This document shows, one piece after another, positions 1-10,789 of a stretch of 28,210 nucleotides of DNA (the first letter of the stretch is position 1; every line of letters begins with the position of its first letter). Position numbers and translations under genes: made by a program. This stretch comes from Spirogloea muscicola (lineage: Eukaryota): positions 69,032 through 97,241 of the forward strand of contig WELB01000007.1 in NCBI GenBank assembly GCA_009602725.1, in the 5' to 3' direction. The notes beneath the pieces were generated by a model. That model was not told the DNA's origin, did no database searches, and worked only from the letters and a program-made list of their open reading frames with translations.

Positions 1-1243
1 TTCAGCGCAATGAACGAGAAGTTCAAGAAGGACGAGGTATGGGGGGAGCTTGGCGGCGGCGGCGGCGGCGGCGGTGGCAGCAGTGGCGGCACTGGGAGGC
101 CTGCCGACAAGGACGAGCGCCAGGGCAGTGGCAAGGGCGGCGAGAAGGAGAACAATGGTGGTGCTGCTGCCGCCACTGCCGCTACCGCAGACGTTGCTGT
201 ACCAGATGGCAACCTGCTCGCTGTAACAAGTGATGGTGCTGCTTCCAAGGAGGGGGAGCCTGGAGTGGCGGGAGGATTGGAGGAGGGCATTGAGGTTGCT
301 GAGGACAAGAAGGTGAGAGTCATGCCTGCCACGGCTCCATCTGTCACCTTGGTCCTGCGGCCTATATCGCCACACACTGCAGCCGCTATTGTGGTCCCCT
401 TCGCTGCTTGCTCGATTGTGCGCATTCGTCGATTGCAGTGTTCAGGCTGGTGGTAACACCTCCGAGCCGTCCTCACCCTTATCAAAGTTGGGCACAGCAC
501 AGCTGTGAGACACTCTGCTCGATGCCTGACGGATGAAAATTCTGATTGCGCAGGTGCCCACATCCTTGTACGTGAAGGACGACTTCTTCGATGCTATCTC
601 GTGTGACTCGCTTGATCGCTCGGCAGGCCGAGGAGGGGGCGCACGCATGCGCTTCTCTGAGCAGCGCAAGATTGACACTGAGGTATGTTGTCCTTGAGAG
701 CTGTGACAGACTGATGGTCATTTCACAGTATTAAGATTGCAGTTTATCGATGATGTCAGCTCAAGAAGTTGGGCTGGTGGCTTTCCTAGGGGCTTTGTTT
801 AGCAAGTATTCGCTAATCTTGCTGCAGGAAGCAAATTATGTCGTCTGAAGAGGGGTGCTCAGCAGACTGCTCATGTAGTCAATCTCCCGTTTCTTTGTAA
901 AAGTTCAAGTATGTTAGCGCATCAAGCTGACTGGCATTACCTGATCATGCTGTGCATGTCGCAGACATTCGGCAATGTGCCCATGCGGTCAGGCCGGGGT
1001 GGCCGAGGAGGCCGGGGGGGCCGGAGGGGTGGCTACCGCGGTGGAGGCGGCTATGGCAGCGGTGGCGGCAGCGGCGGCGGCGGCGGCACCGGCGGGGCAT
1101 ATGGTGCTGGAGGCGGAGGATATTACGGCGGCGGCCATGGCGGCTATGGAGGCGGTCCTGGTTATATGCGGTCTGATGGTCGGAGTGGTGGTGGGCGGAA
1201 CCAGGGCCCTGGTGCTCCTATGAGAGGCAGTGGGGCTACATGA
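1..1243 (+). CDS. DCP5: DCP5/LSM14 (Scd6/RAP55) mRNA decapping/P-body factor, 3' part; exons <1-312, 554-682, 965-1243
   Basis: Spliced translation gives the FDF-domain end (FSAMNEKFKKDEVWGELG), the FFD box (YVKDDFFDAISCDSL), the TFG box split by an intron (FSEQRKIDTE|TFG) and an RGG/GY-rich tail. Introns 313-553 and 683-964 are GT-AG and phase 0. The 5' end lies outside the window. Confidence 0.93.
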
Positions 1244-1842
1244 TCAGTCGTGTGGCAACATTCCGGGCAATACAACAATTGGTGGTACTGCTGTTTCTTG
1301 CCTGCCCCTGTTATCTCAACTGGTGACGAGGACGCGGAGTGGTAGGGACAGGCAGCAGTTGAGGCGCAGGCACAAACTCTCTCTACCAACTGCCTTTTCC
1401 TGCCTCATCTCCCACCATGTAGCTAGGCTGTGTGCCCATGTTGTCATTCTGCTGCCGCTGGGGAGCACATGTTGGCAAAGCTAGCTGCCAAGAGCTGCGC
1501 AAGTGCATGCTGACCCAGCTTGACCAAGAGCCTGTGCTGGCATCAACATCCTTCAGCTGAGGTCAGCTTGGCAGTTGTACAAATCATATGAGCTGGGTAA
1601 TGCGCGCAAAGTGCATCTACCCCTGAGCTTCTTTTGGAAGAGGTCATCTTGCTGCTGCCAGCAACCATTTCGGGGATGTCATGCCGCTGTCACTTGCCCT
1701 TTTAGACGAGGAGCATGGAGCATTTGTTAGGCTTGGCCATCTGGTTGTACAGTGCAAGTCCCTTTTGAAATCCTTCACCTGCTCTAAGTAGCATGGTTCT
1801 ACGCTGTCAAACCCGAAAGTGTGCACAGTCAGTTCAGTTCAT

Positions 1843-1958
1843 ACAACCACAGGTCCAACATAGCGGACCATGGCCACTATGTTGGAACATAGTGGCTATG
1901 GTCCAACATAGCCACTATCAGGCTATGTTGGACCTGGCTATGTTGGACCTGTGGTTGT
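1843..1958. repeat. Short foldback/MITE-like element with perfect 22-bp terminal inverted repeats
   Basis: acaaccacaggtccaacatagc (1843-1864) is the exact reverse complement of 1937-1958. The interior is built from ccaacatag/ctatgttgg units. No clear TSD. Confidence 0.7.
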
Positions 1959-2239
1959 GTGACAGGTTAAAAGTCTAGCTCACAGTCACCACAGCCCAAG
2001 AACGACTCCATGGGCTGCGTAGGCTTTGGTTTAGTGGTAGCCATAATGCACCTACTGTCATGTGCAGACAAGCGGTCCCTGTGAATGTGCAGGTAATCCA
2101 CCCCCCCTGCCCATCAACCCCCAGAATTGACGACTAGGATACTCATAACCCCAAGTGTTTCAGCAAAGCCGCAAGCTGCTCTGATCAGGTTTACTTGATA
2201 GGTACTTGCCTAGAAGGGGATTCAAGGTAGCTACGAGGG

Positions 2240-3300
2240 AGAAGGCACGGGTGTGCATGAGATGAAAGGGAGGCCAAATCAAGGTCACGTACAAATCCAG
2301 TAGGAAGGGGGGTAGGTGGTTTCTTTTGTTCAGGAGTAGTAAGACGGTTGCTATATCTTGTGTGAGAGTTAGAAGCAGCTGCTTCTCCGGCAGCCAGGCA
2401 TGTTGGCTGGGCTCTACGGCCAGAACGTGAACACCTGCTCCTGCCCAAGGATCTGCAAGACACCAATGCAGTCAACGGCTTCACCTTGCCTAGCAGGTAG
2501 AACATTGAAAAGCTACTGTTAGTGTTGAAGTGTGGCCGTAATTCAGGTCTGGATCAGAGATGATGAAGGCATGAAGAAGATAAGGGCTCCTCCAAGGGGG
2601 CAGAAGAGAGGCTGTATGTGGCCAGCGCATGACTTCAGTATTGTCAGAGTATCGATGCTTCTCAGTGCATCAGTCCATCATTGGCCACCCCGATTTTCAA
2701 ACAAAAGAGGATACAAGCTCCTAACTCCGATTGGCCAGCCCAAGAGATTGCCGAGAAGGGTTGGGCAGCACAGTGTCAGCAGAGGCCGAAGCTGGAGACC
2801 AGGGAGTGGCAGTAAATGACAGCGCAATTACACTGGCTACAGGACACCAGCCTTACTTTAGACAGGACATCAATCCACGACAAATGCCTGGGGCAACCGC
2901 TCAGGAATCAAAAGCATGGTATTGCAACGTGAAGGCTAGCCACGGTTGCAGGATATAGCAGCAGTATACCTGGGCCAGCGAGTTCGAACATGGAAGGCGC
3001 TCACTACTAAATGGTGCCGCCAGGCAAGCAGCGCGGCGGGCGTGAGATTGTGTAGCTGCATTGCAGCTGTAGGTGTCAACGGACTAAGAAAGAAATGGAC
3101 TAATAGGTCTACGGCAGGCTTGGACGCAAACTCTGCCACCATCTGTGCTGGAACGGCCTCAGCTAGTAGATAAGCTGTAGAGAGCGTCGACTGAAACTCC
3201 TTAGGTGGTCAATGACCTTGACATTAGGAACCGGTTCGCTGTTGTAGATCTGCTGTTACTAGACCCGCTTCTCCAATACTATCATACGAAAGTCAAGCAG
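2240..3300 (-). mobile_element. Old, degenerate CRE-like retrotransposon 3' fragments
   Basis: Family-A 3'-terminal motif at ~2242-2283. Faint minus-strand remnants (SVDTYSC, ILQPWLAFTLQ) parallel the RLE motifs IDTFGC and SLQRSLAHALQ seen in better copies. Confidence 0.4.
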
Positions 3301-3439
3301 AGAAAGAAGGTGGCCTTTGAGGGCAAGGGCTGCGCAAAGCCAGCCCATGAATTCACAAGGTCCAATTTGTTGAATGGCGCTAAAAGCACATGGTTATGCA
3401 AGAGCCTACAACCAATAGAAGAAACACGCTTCCAGGAGA

Positions 3440-4025
3440 TGCGTGTGAATTAAGAGATGGGGAGGCCATGTGTGGCCAAGTACAAAGGCAAGCACATTGG
3501 ACAAATGTACGTCACCTGCTGCTAAGCTGACCCGCTCAGTAACCATGAGTAAACACATAGAGGTCGCTAGCTGACGCTCGAATACCGGACGGCAATTGAC
3601 TAGCTCTTGTGCCAGCAGCTAAGGCTCGACCAGCTTTCTGATGCAGAGCATACGCCTGAGCTCGCTGCAGACAGGTTGACACTTGACGTCGCAGAAATGA
3701 CAGATAGGCTGCCGGCATACCCATCTGGGCTGGGAGCATATCCTCGCGTCGTGCATATCCCAGACTCGCTATGTTCTCGAGTAGGGTATGGAAGCGAGGA
3801 CCCAAGCAGCCGAAAGTGTCGATTGCGGCCGGGAGGAGGTGGTCACTGCGGGGTTAGTCTGAGTAGTGTCGGAGCTTTTTCTGCTCAGCACCTCCCACAG
3901 CGTGGCCAGCAAATGTGTGTGGAAGCGGAACTCTTGTATGCCTCAGTCACCACCACATCAACCAAGGCTCGTGGGCCTCCGCCAGGTTGTACACCCACAA
4001 TGGTCAGGGTGCGACGGTGATGGCA
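3440..4025 (-). mobile_element. 5'-truncated CRE-like non-LTR retrotransposon (family B): RLE endonuclease C-terminus plus 3' UTR, frameshifted
   Basis: Across frameshifts the minus strand reads RALVDVVVT...AGHAVGGAEQKKLRHY...DHLLPAAIDTFGCLG...RRQVSTCLQRAQAYALHQKAGRAL...SASDLYVFTHGY* (stop 3536-3538). This matches the D-V-x-V / K-x-x-x-Y / TFG / LQR layout of RLE non-LTR elements. Confidence 0.85.
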
Positions 4026-4231
4026 TCCCTGGAAATCCGTGGTGATGGGCACTACATTGCGGGGAGAGGGCAGTGACTGGGAGAGGCCAGCCCAGGGAAA
4101 ACAACGACTAAGAACGATTAGCAGCTCAGATACCCAGCCGCAAGTCGGAGCAATTTCTAGCTGAAAGAAGAATCAGCTCTTCCAACGTAAGGTAATGGCT
4201 GTGAGAAGAAATTGCTCGCCACAGAGAAGAA

Positions 4232-4470
4232 AATTGTCGTGTATTCGAAACAAACAAAAACAGCCAAGTACGAAGGCAAGCACATCTAGAGACGCACATC
4301 ACCTACAGCAGATTGACCGGCTCAGTAACCACGGGTCAAAACATAAAGGTCGCTAATCGATGCCTGAATCCTAGATGGCAGATACGAAGCCCTTCTGCCA
4401 CCATCTAGAGCTCGCCCAGCTTTCTGGCGCAAAGCACTAGCCTGAGCACGCTGCAAACAGGCCGAAACGC
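4232..4470 (-). mobile_element. CRE-like family B 3' end (second copy)
   Basis: Encodes ...CLQRAQA...IQASISDLYVLTRGY* (stop 4322-4324). The 3' UTR shares the motif gccaagtac.aaggcaagcacat with 3440-3540 and 6017-6110. Confidence 0.8.
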
Positions 4471-4744
4471 GTGGTCGCAAGAACGACAGCTATGCAGAGA
4501 AGAGGGACTGGCAATGAGGCCAGCCCAAAGAACTATACAAGGCAAAAATATTCACGCCGACGGATGTCAAAAATGAAGTGGCCGCAGTCAAAGCGAAGCC
4601 AAAGAATGATGACGGACCCAGTTCCGTTCCCGCCTTGGAATATGCACAGGACGAAGATTGTGCTCGCCCATAGAGAAGAGTGGCTGGCAAAGCCAGCCCA
4701 AAAAGATTGGTCAATATCCCAAGCCAAAGAACAGGACACTGTAC

Positions 4745-4935
4745 AATCGCATGCGCGGGGCTGCTTGCATAGCGTGGCCGGGGCGAGTGGCAAGCGCAAG
4801 CTGGTCAGGACAGACGAGCGCGGCCCAACGACGACGTCCGCCAGACGCGCAGGGCACCGCCGGAACTGATGATCGGCGTGCGCGAGGCCGCCCCGGCTGA
4901 CAAGATCGGGCATGGCACCGATGACTTCCAAAAAT
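4745..4935 (-). mobile_element. Internal RLE-domain fragment of a CRE-like element
   Basis: Minus strand gives ARLADVVV followed, after a frameshift, by ALATRPGHAMQAA. This parallels ARIIADVVT...SASRAGHAAA in the 13011-13625 copy. Confidence 0.5.
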
Positions 4936-4942
4936 AGGTGAG

Positions 4943-5532
4943 GATCAGATTAGCTCAGGGGCGTGCGGTGAACAGGAGGCAATCTTTGAAAGCAAAGTGT
5001 GGCACGGCCGGCCTGACAGGGCGGCTCCGTTTTGTGTCAGATGCAATCTTCACTGTCAGTCACCACCAAACTGGATAGCCACGGAAATTCGGACCCTTGT
5101 GGCCTTTTCTTTCCAAAGGAAAAGAATTTCGTGTATTTGAAACAATCGAAGGCCAGAAGGGGGCGATGGCTGTAAGAGAAGTAGCTCTCGCAAAGGGGCA
5201 AGGGCTGTGAACATGCCAGCCCGAAAAGAACAAAATTCGAAGCAATGGCTGAAAAGAAGGGCTCGCCCATAGAGGATAGGGGCTGGGAAAGGCCAGCCCA
5301 GAAGACAATGTTTGAGAAGTTCGAGATGTGAGGCCAGCCCGAAAGGGAAGGCCACGAAGGGTCCGGGAGTCGGTGGCTTTCAGGTATGGTGGTGACTATC
5401 AGGGGGATTGTATCCGACACCAAATGGAACCGCCCTGTCAGGAAGAAAGGGCTCGCCCTGTCAGGCCGGGCATGCCACACTGTCCTTCCTAAGATTGCCT
5501 CCTGTTCACCGCACGCCTGAGCTAATCTGATC
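4943..5532. repeat. Diverged long inverted repeat (arms ~4943-5113 and ~5340-5532) enclosing short retrotransposon 3' tips
   Basis: gatcagattagctcagg..gtgcggtgaacaggaggcaatctt...gtgtggca..gccggcctgacagggcg...agtcaccacca...cggacccttgtggcct has a reverse-complement counterpart at 5340-5532. Confidence 0.75.
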
Positions 5533-6016
5533 GACGAGGAAGCTCTTCCATGAAAGAGCTATGGAAAAGCTACATCTCCTCATAGCCATTGCCCTCTCCA
5601 AACAAGAGCTTCTTCTTTGTTCGTGATCGCTCGTGTCAAGTTGCAGCTTAAGCATGTCAAAGACGGCTTGACAGATGCCTGAGAGACTAGGCACCTCACA
5701 AGGCCAACGAACCGGACATCAGTCTGCTTCCTGGCGCGGAGGTTGGCACAATGCGGTGACAATGCGGTGATTAGCAAAACAGCGCAATGCTGGCGCCACT
5801 GAAAACGGCGATGCTGTAGAGACTGCCGTTCACGGTGGACTCTTATTTGTTGACGTCGACATTGAAACTTTGACGTCGACCGTGGATAGTAGCCGCTGGT
5901 AGATCGTATGGGCCGTTGCCTGGCCATTGACGGGAGACCGTCATTGAGTCAGTAGACAACTATTGCAAAGTACCAGTAGCCCAAGTGGAAGGGCTATGCA
6001 AGGAGACCTTGTAAAG

Positions 6017-6256
6017 GAAATTCGTGTATTTGAAACAAACGAAGGCCAAATGGCCAAGTACAAAGGCAAGCACATCTAAGACCTATATAACCTACAGCAG
6101 AATGACCCGCTCAGTAACCGCGGGTCAAAACATAAAGGTCGCTAATCGATGCCTGAATACTAGATGTCGGATAAGAAGCCCTTCTGCCACCAACTAGAGC
6201 TCGCCCAGCTTTCTGGTGCAAGGCATTAGCCTGGGCACGCTGCAGACAGGCCGAAG
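6017..6256 (-). mobile_element. CRE-like family B 3' end (third copy); an inverted 3' UTR piece follows at ~6311-6380
   Basis: Highly similar to 4232-4470 and ends IQASISDLYVLTRGY* (stop 6111-6113). 6311-6380 is a diverged reverse-complement copy of the same 3' UTR. Confidence 0.8.
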
Positions 6257-7214
6257 GAGGTAAAGGAGGTGAGCGTGGGGTGAGCTCCTTCCCCTATTTG
6301 CAGTAGGTAATGTACGTCATCAGATGTGCTTGCTGTTGTACTTGGCCCTTCAGCCTTCCATCATTTCGATACACGCAATTCAATCCTGGGACCCCCTCGG
6401 TTTTTGCTTTCTTACCATTGTGGCCCCTGTCCATTGCCTTCCAACTTTTCCTGCACTGCCGCAACTGGGCTTGGAATTCCGCTCGTCCTTCTGACAGCCT
6501 GTCCTACCTGGGACGTCATGCCAAGATATGGCACAAATCAACGTGGCCTCCCACTGGGTGGTGCCTGTGAGAAGCGAGCCAGAAAGAACAATTCGAGTAC
6601 AGGGCTCTGGGTGCGAGTTGGGTGGAGAGCTTCTTTACAGAGAGGACTATTTAGGGACCCAGGTGGCTGTGAGGAGCCAGCCATGGTAGAATGGACAAGA
6701 CTTGGACAAGGATTGCCAGTCCAAACCGCCCACTCACAACAGAAGGCAAGAGAGGCACAACCTGCGAGCTCTCATCCAGCGGGCAATGGGACACTAGAAG
6801 ACGTGACTCCTTCCACTGCACAGTGGCTGTGATGCCACCAGCCCAGAAGAACTAGGACAGAATCACGCCAAAAATTGATGCCAGCGCAGCAGAGAGCAGC
6901 CAGAACCTGTGAGAATGCTGGTTCAATGATTGCTGCAAGAAACAGAAGACAAGAAGCACGGCAAGGCCAGGGTCCCTTCAAGCGGGCAGTGGACGCAGCT
7001 CAGGGACGGAAAAGGCTCTGAGAAGGGGGCTAGGGCTGTGAAAGGCCAGCCCGAAAAGAAATTGTCAAGGGCCGAAAGGGCTAAGTTGACAAGATCTGAG
7101 AAGTGCTCGCCATAGAGGGTAGAGGCGGGGAAAGGCCAGCCCAAAAAGAGTAGACAAGGTCCAAAGAGCAAGAGCCGAACAGAGATCCGACAGGCAGCTT
7201 GAGCACCGAGGACG

Positions 7215-7697
7215 AGGCGCGCGGGGCGCGTGAAATGAAAGGGAGGCCAATTCAAGCCAATACATTGTTCAGGCAGAGTCTAGTGCAAACTAAACAAGGC
7301 TACATAATACGGAGACCTAAATTAAAGTGCCTAAGGTGACATTAGTACCCACGGGTGAGCACAAACAAATCTGACAAGCTAACTTGGGGAGCTGGAGCGC
7401 CGCCACGAAAGCCGGAGGCCTGACTAGAGCGCGCCCTGCACATTGATGAATAGCCAATGCTTGCGAGCGCTGCAAACTAAGCGAGAGCCGCATTCTTTAG
7501 TGTGCAACTAAGGCCTGCGGAATGCTGGAGTGGCCCAAGCTGCCCCCCCGACTCCGATGACGCGCATCAACCAGCCGGGCCAGACGCTGGATTAGGGAGG
7601 ACCGTTTCACGCCGTAGCCTCCGTAGATATCCATGGCACACGGGTAAAGATGGTCTCCTCGGGGATGGTCATGGTAGTGCCGCTCCTTCTTAGCCGA
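7215..7697 (-). mobile_element. 5'-truncated CRE-like retrotransposon (family A): RLE C-terminus plus 3' UTR
   Basis: KKERHYHDHPRGDHLYPCAMDIYGGYG...RMRLSLSLQRSQALAIHQCAGRAL...PQVSLSDLFVLTRGY* (stop 7342-7344), then a 3' UTR ending in the family-A terminal motif. Confidence 0.85.
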
Positions 7698-8159
7698 GGA
7701 GAGAGAAGTGGCACTACCAATGGGGGCAAGGAGAGGGAGACGCAAGTAAGGGGAAGCGACGGGGAAGGGGCTAGCGCCGGGCGGCTCGGAGGCGGCCGCG
7801 ACAGTGGAGCGAGCCGCTCCGCGCCAGCGAGGGCCGTCGGTCGCGCACCGGCAAGGCGGCGGTCAAAAGGCAGACAGGGGCGGCCCGGGCTGGGCCCGGC
7901 GAGGCCGGCAAGCGCGAAGGCGCGCGGTGCGCAGGAGGAGAGAAGGCGTGTTTTGTGCATGACGCATTGTGCATAATGTGACAGGGAAGAGGCCGAAGCG
8001 AGCTAGTATGTAGTACAGGTAGGTACTCTATACTCAGAGAAGAGAGGGGCATTACAAAGAAGGAGAAGCGTCCCCGGGCGCGATGGCAAGAAGCAGCTCT
8101 ATCAAGGCGGCAAGGGTCGTGACAAACCAGCCAACAGAAGAACAAGGAGCCAGCCCACA

Positions 8160-8530
8160 AGAGAGAAGGCGCGCGGGGCGCATGAATTGAAAGGGAGGCC
8201 AATTCAAGCCAATACATTGTTCAGGCAGAGTCGAGTGCAGCCCACAAAGGATTGGCAAGGTCCGATCCCGTGAAAGAATCTAAGGAAGCAGCGGTTTCAA
8301 GGAAACAGCTCTTCTGGTGCGAAGGCAGCGGCTGTTTCTCTGCTCTTCCAGTGCAAAGGCAGCGGCTGTTCAGAGAGAGACTCTTCCAGTAGAGGGCGAT
8401 GGCAGTGATGGGCCAGCCCCAAAAGTAGTCTTCCAGACGAGGGCGATAGCTGTGATCGGCCAGCCCAGAAAATGAACAAAATAAAGTTCGAAGGGGCCAG
8501 AAAAGGGTCTGAGGGAGGCCAGCACAAATG
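8160..8530 (-). repeat. Stack of retrotransposon 3' tips (family A tip at 8166; tandem tips starting at ~8307, 8342, 8380, 8428)
   Basis: Repeated plus-strand module (a)gctcttccag...(gggcgat)ggctg...(ggccagccc). This is the reverse complement of the 3' UTR end that follows the ORF remnant at 20291-20560. Confidence 0.7.
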
Positions 8531-8599
8531 AATGATCAGGGGACCCGGAAGGCGTGTGGCGTGTGGAGGGGTGCCGGTCCTCCAATGTAGTCCTTTTCA

Positions 8600-8935
8600 T
8601 TCTTTTTTGGGGCTGGCTTTTCCAGCCCCAAACCTCATTTGCTCAGTCGCGGGTACTGAGCTTCCCTAGTGTGTTGTCGTGTTTGGTAAAGTAGTCCTTT
8701 TCGGCACCTTTTTCTTTGGCTTTGGACATAGTCCATTGTTTTTGGGCTGGTTAAGCCAGCCCAAAAACAAAGGCCATCGTTTGTTTCAAATACACGAAAT
8801 CTCTTCTTCTCTAAGGGCGAGCACTTTCTTTCAATGGGCGAGCACTTTCCTCTTCTTCTTTCTTTGGCTATCGACATTGTCCATTCTTCTTGGGCTGGCT
8901 TTGCCACCCCCTTTTTCTCAATGGGCGAGAGCACT
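8600..8935 (+). mobile_element. Plus-strand CRE-like family C 3' ends
   Basis: HLLSRGY* (stop 8657-8659), then a 3' UTR similar to 13838-13962 containing gggctgg..ccagccc hairpins and repeated gggcgagca termini. Confidence 0.7.
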
Positions 8936-9437
8936 TCCATGGTGCGCCGTCGCGGCCCAGCCGCGGGGGGGGGACGTCGCGCCCCGCCGGCCCCTGCGGC
9001 GTGACGGCCACGGCGGGGGCGCGCCGTGGGNCAAATTCAGCGGCGGCAGTGGGCGGGCCGGCACCGACGCGGCCTCCGGGGAGTGGGGGGGCGGGCCCCG
9101 CCCCGCCGCGTCGTCGGGATCCGTTTCAGGAAAGGCGCGTGAAACGAAACAAGGAGCGGCCAATGACGGCCAGTACGTCGTTCCGGCAAAAGCTAAAGCC
9201 CAGTCCACCGAGTGGGGCCTACGTCGCGGAGGGGAGGTTGCCGGCGTATAGCCCGGGCGGCGGCCTCTCCACGCTCCCCCCCCACCCCCTTCCCCCGCGG
9301 CTTCGGCTCCCCCGCCGCCCCCTCAAACAGACATCCACAGTAGCCCCCCACCCCCCACCACTCTCCCTCTTGTCAGACCCCTCATCCCCATCCGTCGTCC
9401 AGTCCTTCAGCGCCCGCTTCGCCTCGCCCCGCCAGCC

Positions 9438-10789
9438 ATGACGCTCCAGGCCGCCGCCGCCGCCGCGGCGCCCGCGCTCGCCGGCCCCTACGCCCGCGTC
9501 GCCAAGTCCTCCCTGCACGCCATGTTCCTGCACCAGCAGCTCTCCCGAGGGCCGGAGCGCCAGCAGCCGCCTTCGGTTGACATCGACCATGCCGCCGAGC
9601 GCCCCTCCCCGTCCATCGAGATTGCCGCGGCTGATGGTGAGCTGCTCTGCCAGCTCCTCGCCGGCCAGCCGGGACTCCTCTCTGCCAGCCTCCTGCAGGC
9701 GTGGTCCCGTGGCAGCTTCCTGCATGCTGTCGCTCAGCCTTGCCCTGGCCTCGCGAGGCGCGTATTCTCTTACTATGATTGCTTAGAACGCACGATGCGC
9801 TGAGCAAGGCCATTGAGCGCATGCTACCTTCGTTTACTTGCAGATATGTCCTCACACAACCCCCAGCCCTGTGATGGCCCGCCCACGCCTTCCAAGAGCT
9901 GCCCACCTCCATGGCCATGTGCTGAGGACGGTGATAGCGAGGTTGACGAGCAGCTCGACGAGTTCGATCTGTCGGTTGCCGAACGAGGAGACAAGGCTCT
10001 TGAGGGGACGCTTCACGAAGCCAGCGGTGGCTGGGAAGACTTCGTAGCCGTGGTGGAAGAGCAGATGCAGGAGTCAGGGGCGAGAGGGACAGTAGTGGGC
10101 TCCAAGCGGGCTGTGGAGATTGCTGATCATCTCACTGGGACCATGAAGAAACTCAGGACAGTGGTACCGGAGTCAGAAGAGGTGAGTGCTTGGAGTGGCA
10201 AAACACCCATCCTTATCCCAGTTCCGTGCTAGTCTTCATGGTGCTATCACCGCAACCTCGCTGGACAAATCTGGTGGATGGGTCATGTGGTCGGCCTGTC
10301 TCCATGATATTGCTTTCATTGTTACTCTCTTGCTACTATTCTCGTTCTTGCTGATGGTTGCTTGCTGTCCACCATGCAGGACGATGATGTAGAGGCTGTG
10401 CTGGACAATGCAATAAGCTACCTGATACAGCTGGAGAATGCAAGCAAGGCTGCGCTATTTGCACGGCAATGCGCGCTTCTCCTTGAGGGTGCTCTGCAGC
10501 CTGGTTCTAGTCGTACCAGCCGCCAATAGTCAGGCCACTCCTGGTGAGCAAAGCACTGGCAGTACTTTACTTTGTGAGATTGCACATGTGACAAGTTTTT
10601 TCATACATTTGAGCGTCATGCCAGTATCACTTGGGCATCTCTACGTGCTGGGCGACTCTAGAGTATATGTTGAGGATGTCAGTCAGACCTTTGAGCTGAT
10701 GCACACATGGTTTTGCACAGGCATGGCAGAGTATGCGGATGCAGTCATGGCCTCAACTCCGAAGTGGAGAGCTAGAACTTCCCTCTTGA
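9438..10789 (+). CDS. Atypical HLH transcription regulator, SAC51/SACL-like; exons 9438-9636, 9844-10181, 10380-10439, and probably 10721-10789
   Basis: The first three exons are phase-consistent across GT-AG introns and give TMKKLRTVVPESEE|DDDVEAVLDNAISYLIQLE. This is a helix-loop-helix resembling SAC51-type LxxxVP...VLDEAIxYL, with no canonical ERxRR basic region and an acidic patch upstream. The last exon is uncertain (GC donor, or read-through to a stop near 10529). Confidence 0.7.

Noticed and set aside
6380..6960. Possible reverse transcriptase domain remnants
   Set aside because: Only faint resemblance (KIW..., IRVQGS, GRFGL) and no YxDD or QGDP motif. Too weak to call without a profile search.
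8606..8632. Rho-independent terminator-like hairpin with a T-run
   Set aside because: Eukaryotic nuclear context; explained as a retrotransposon 3' stem-loop.
8679..9441. 190-aa and 183-aa ORFs upstream of the HLH gene
   Set aside because: They run through retrotransposon 3' UTRs, an n at 9031 and a GC-rich promoter-like region, with no protein-like features.
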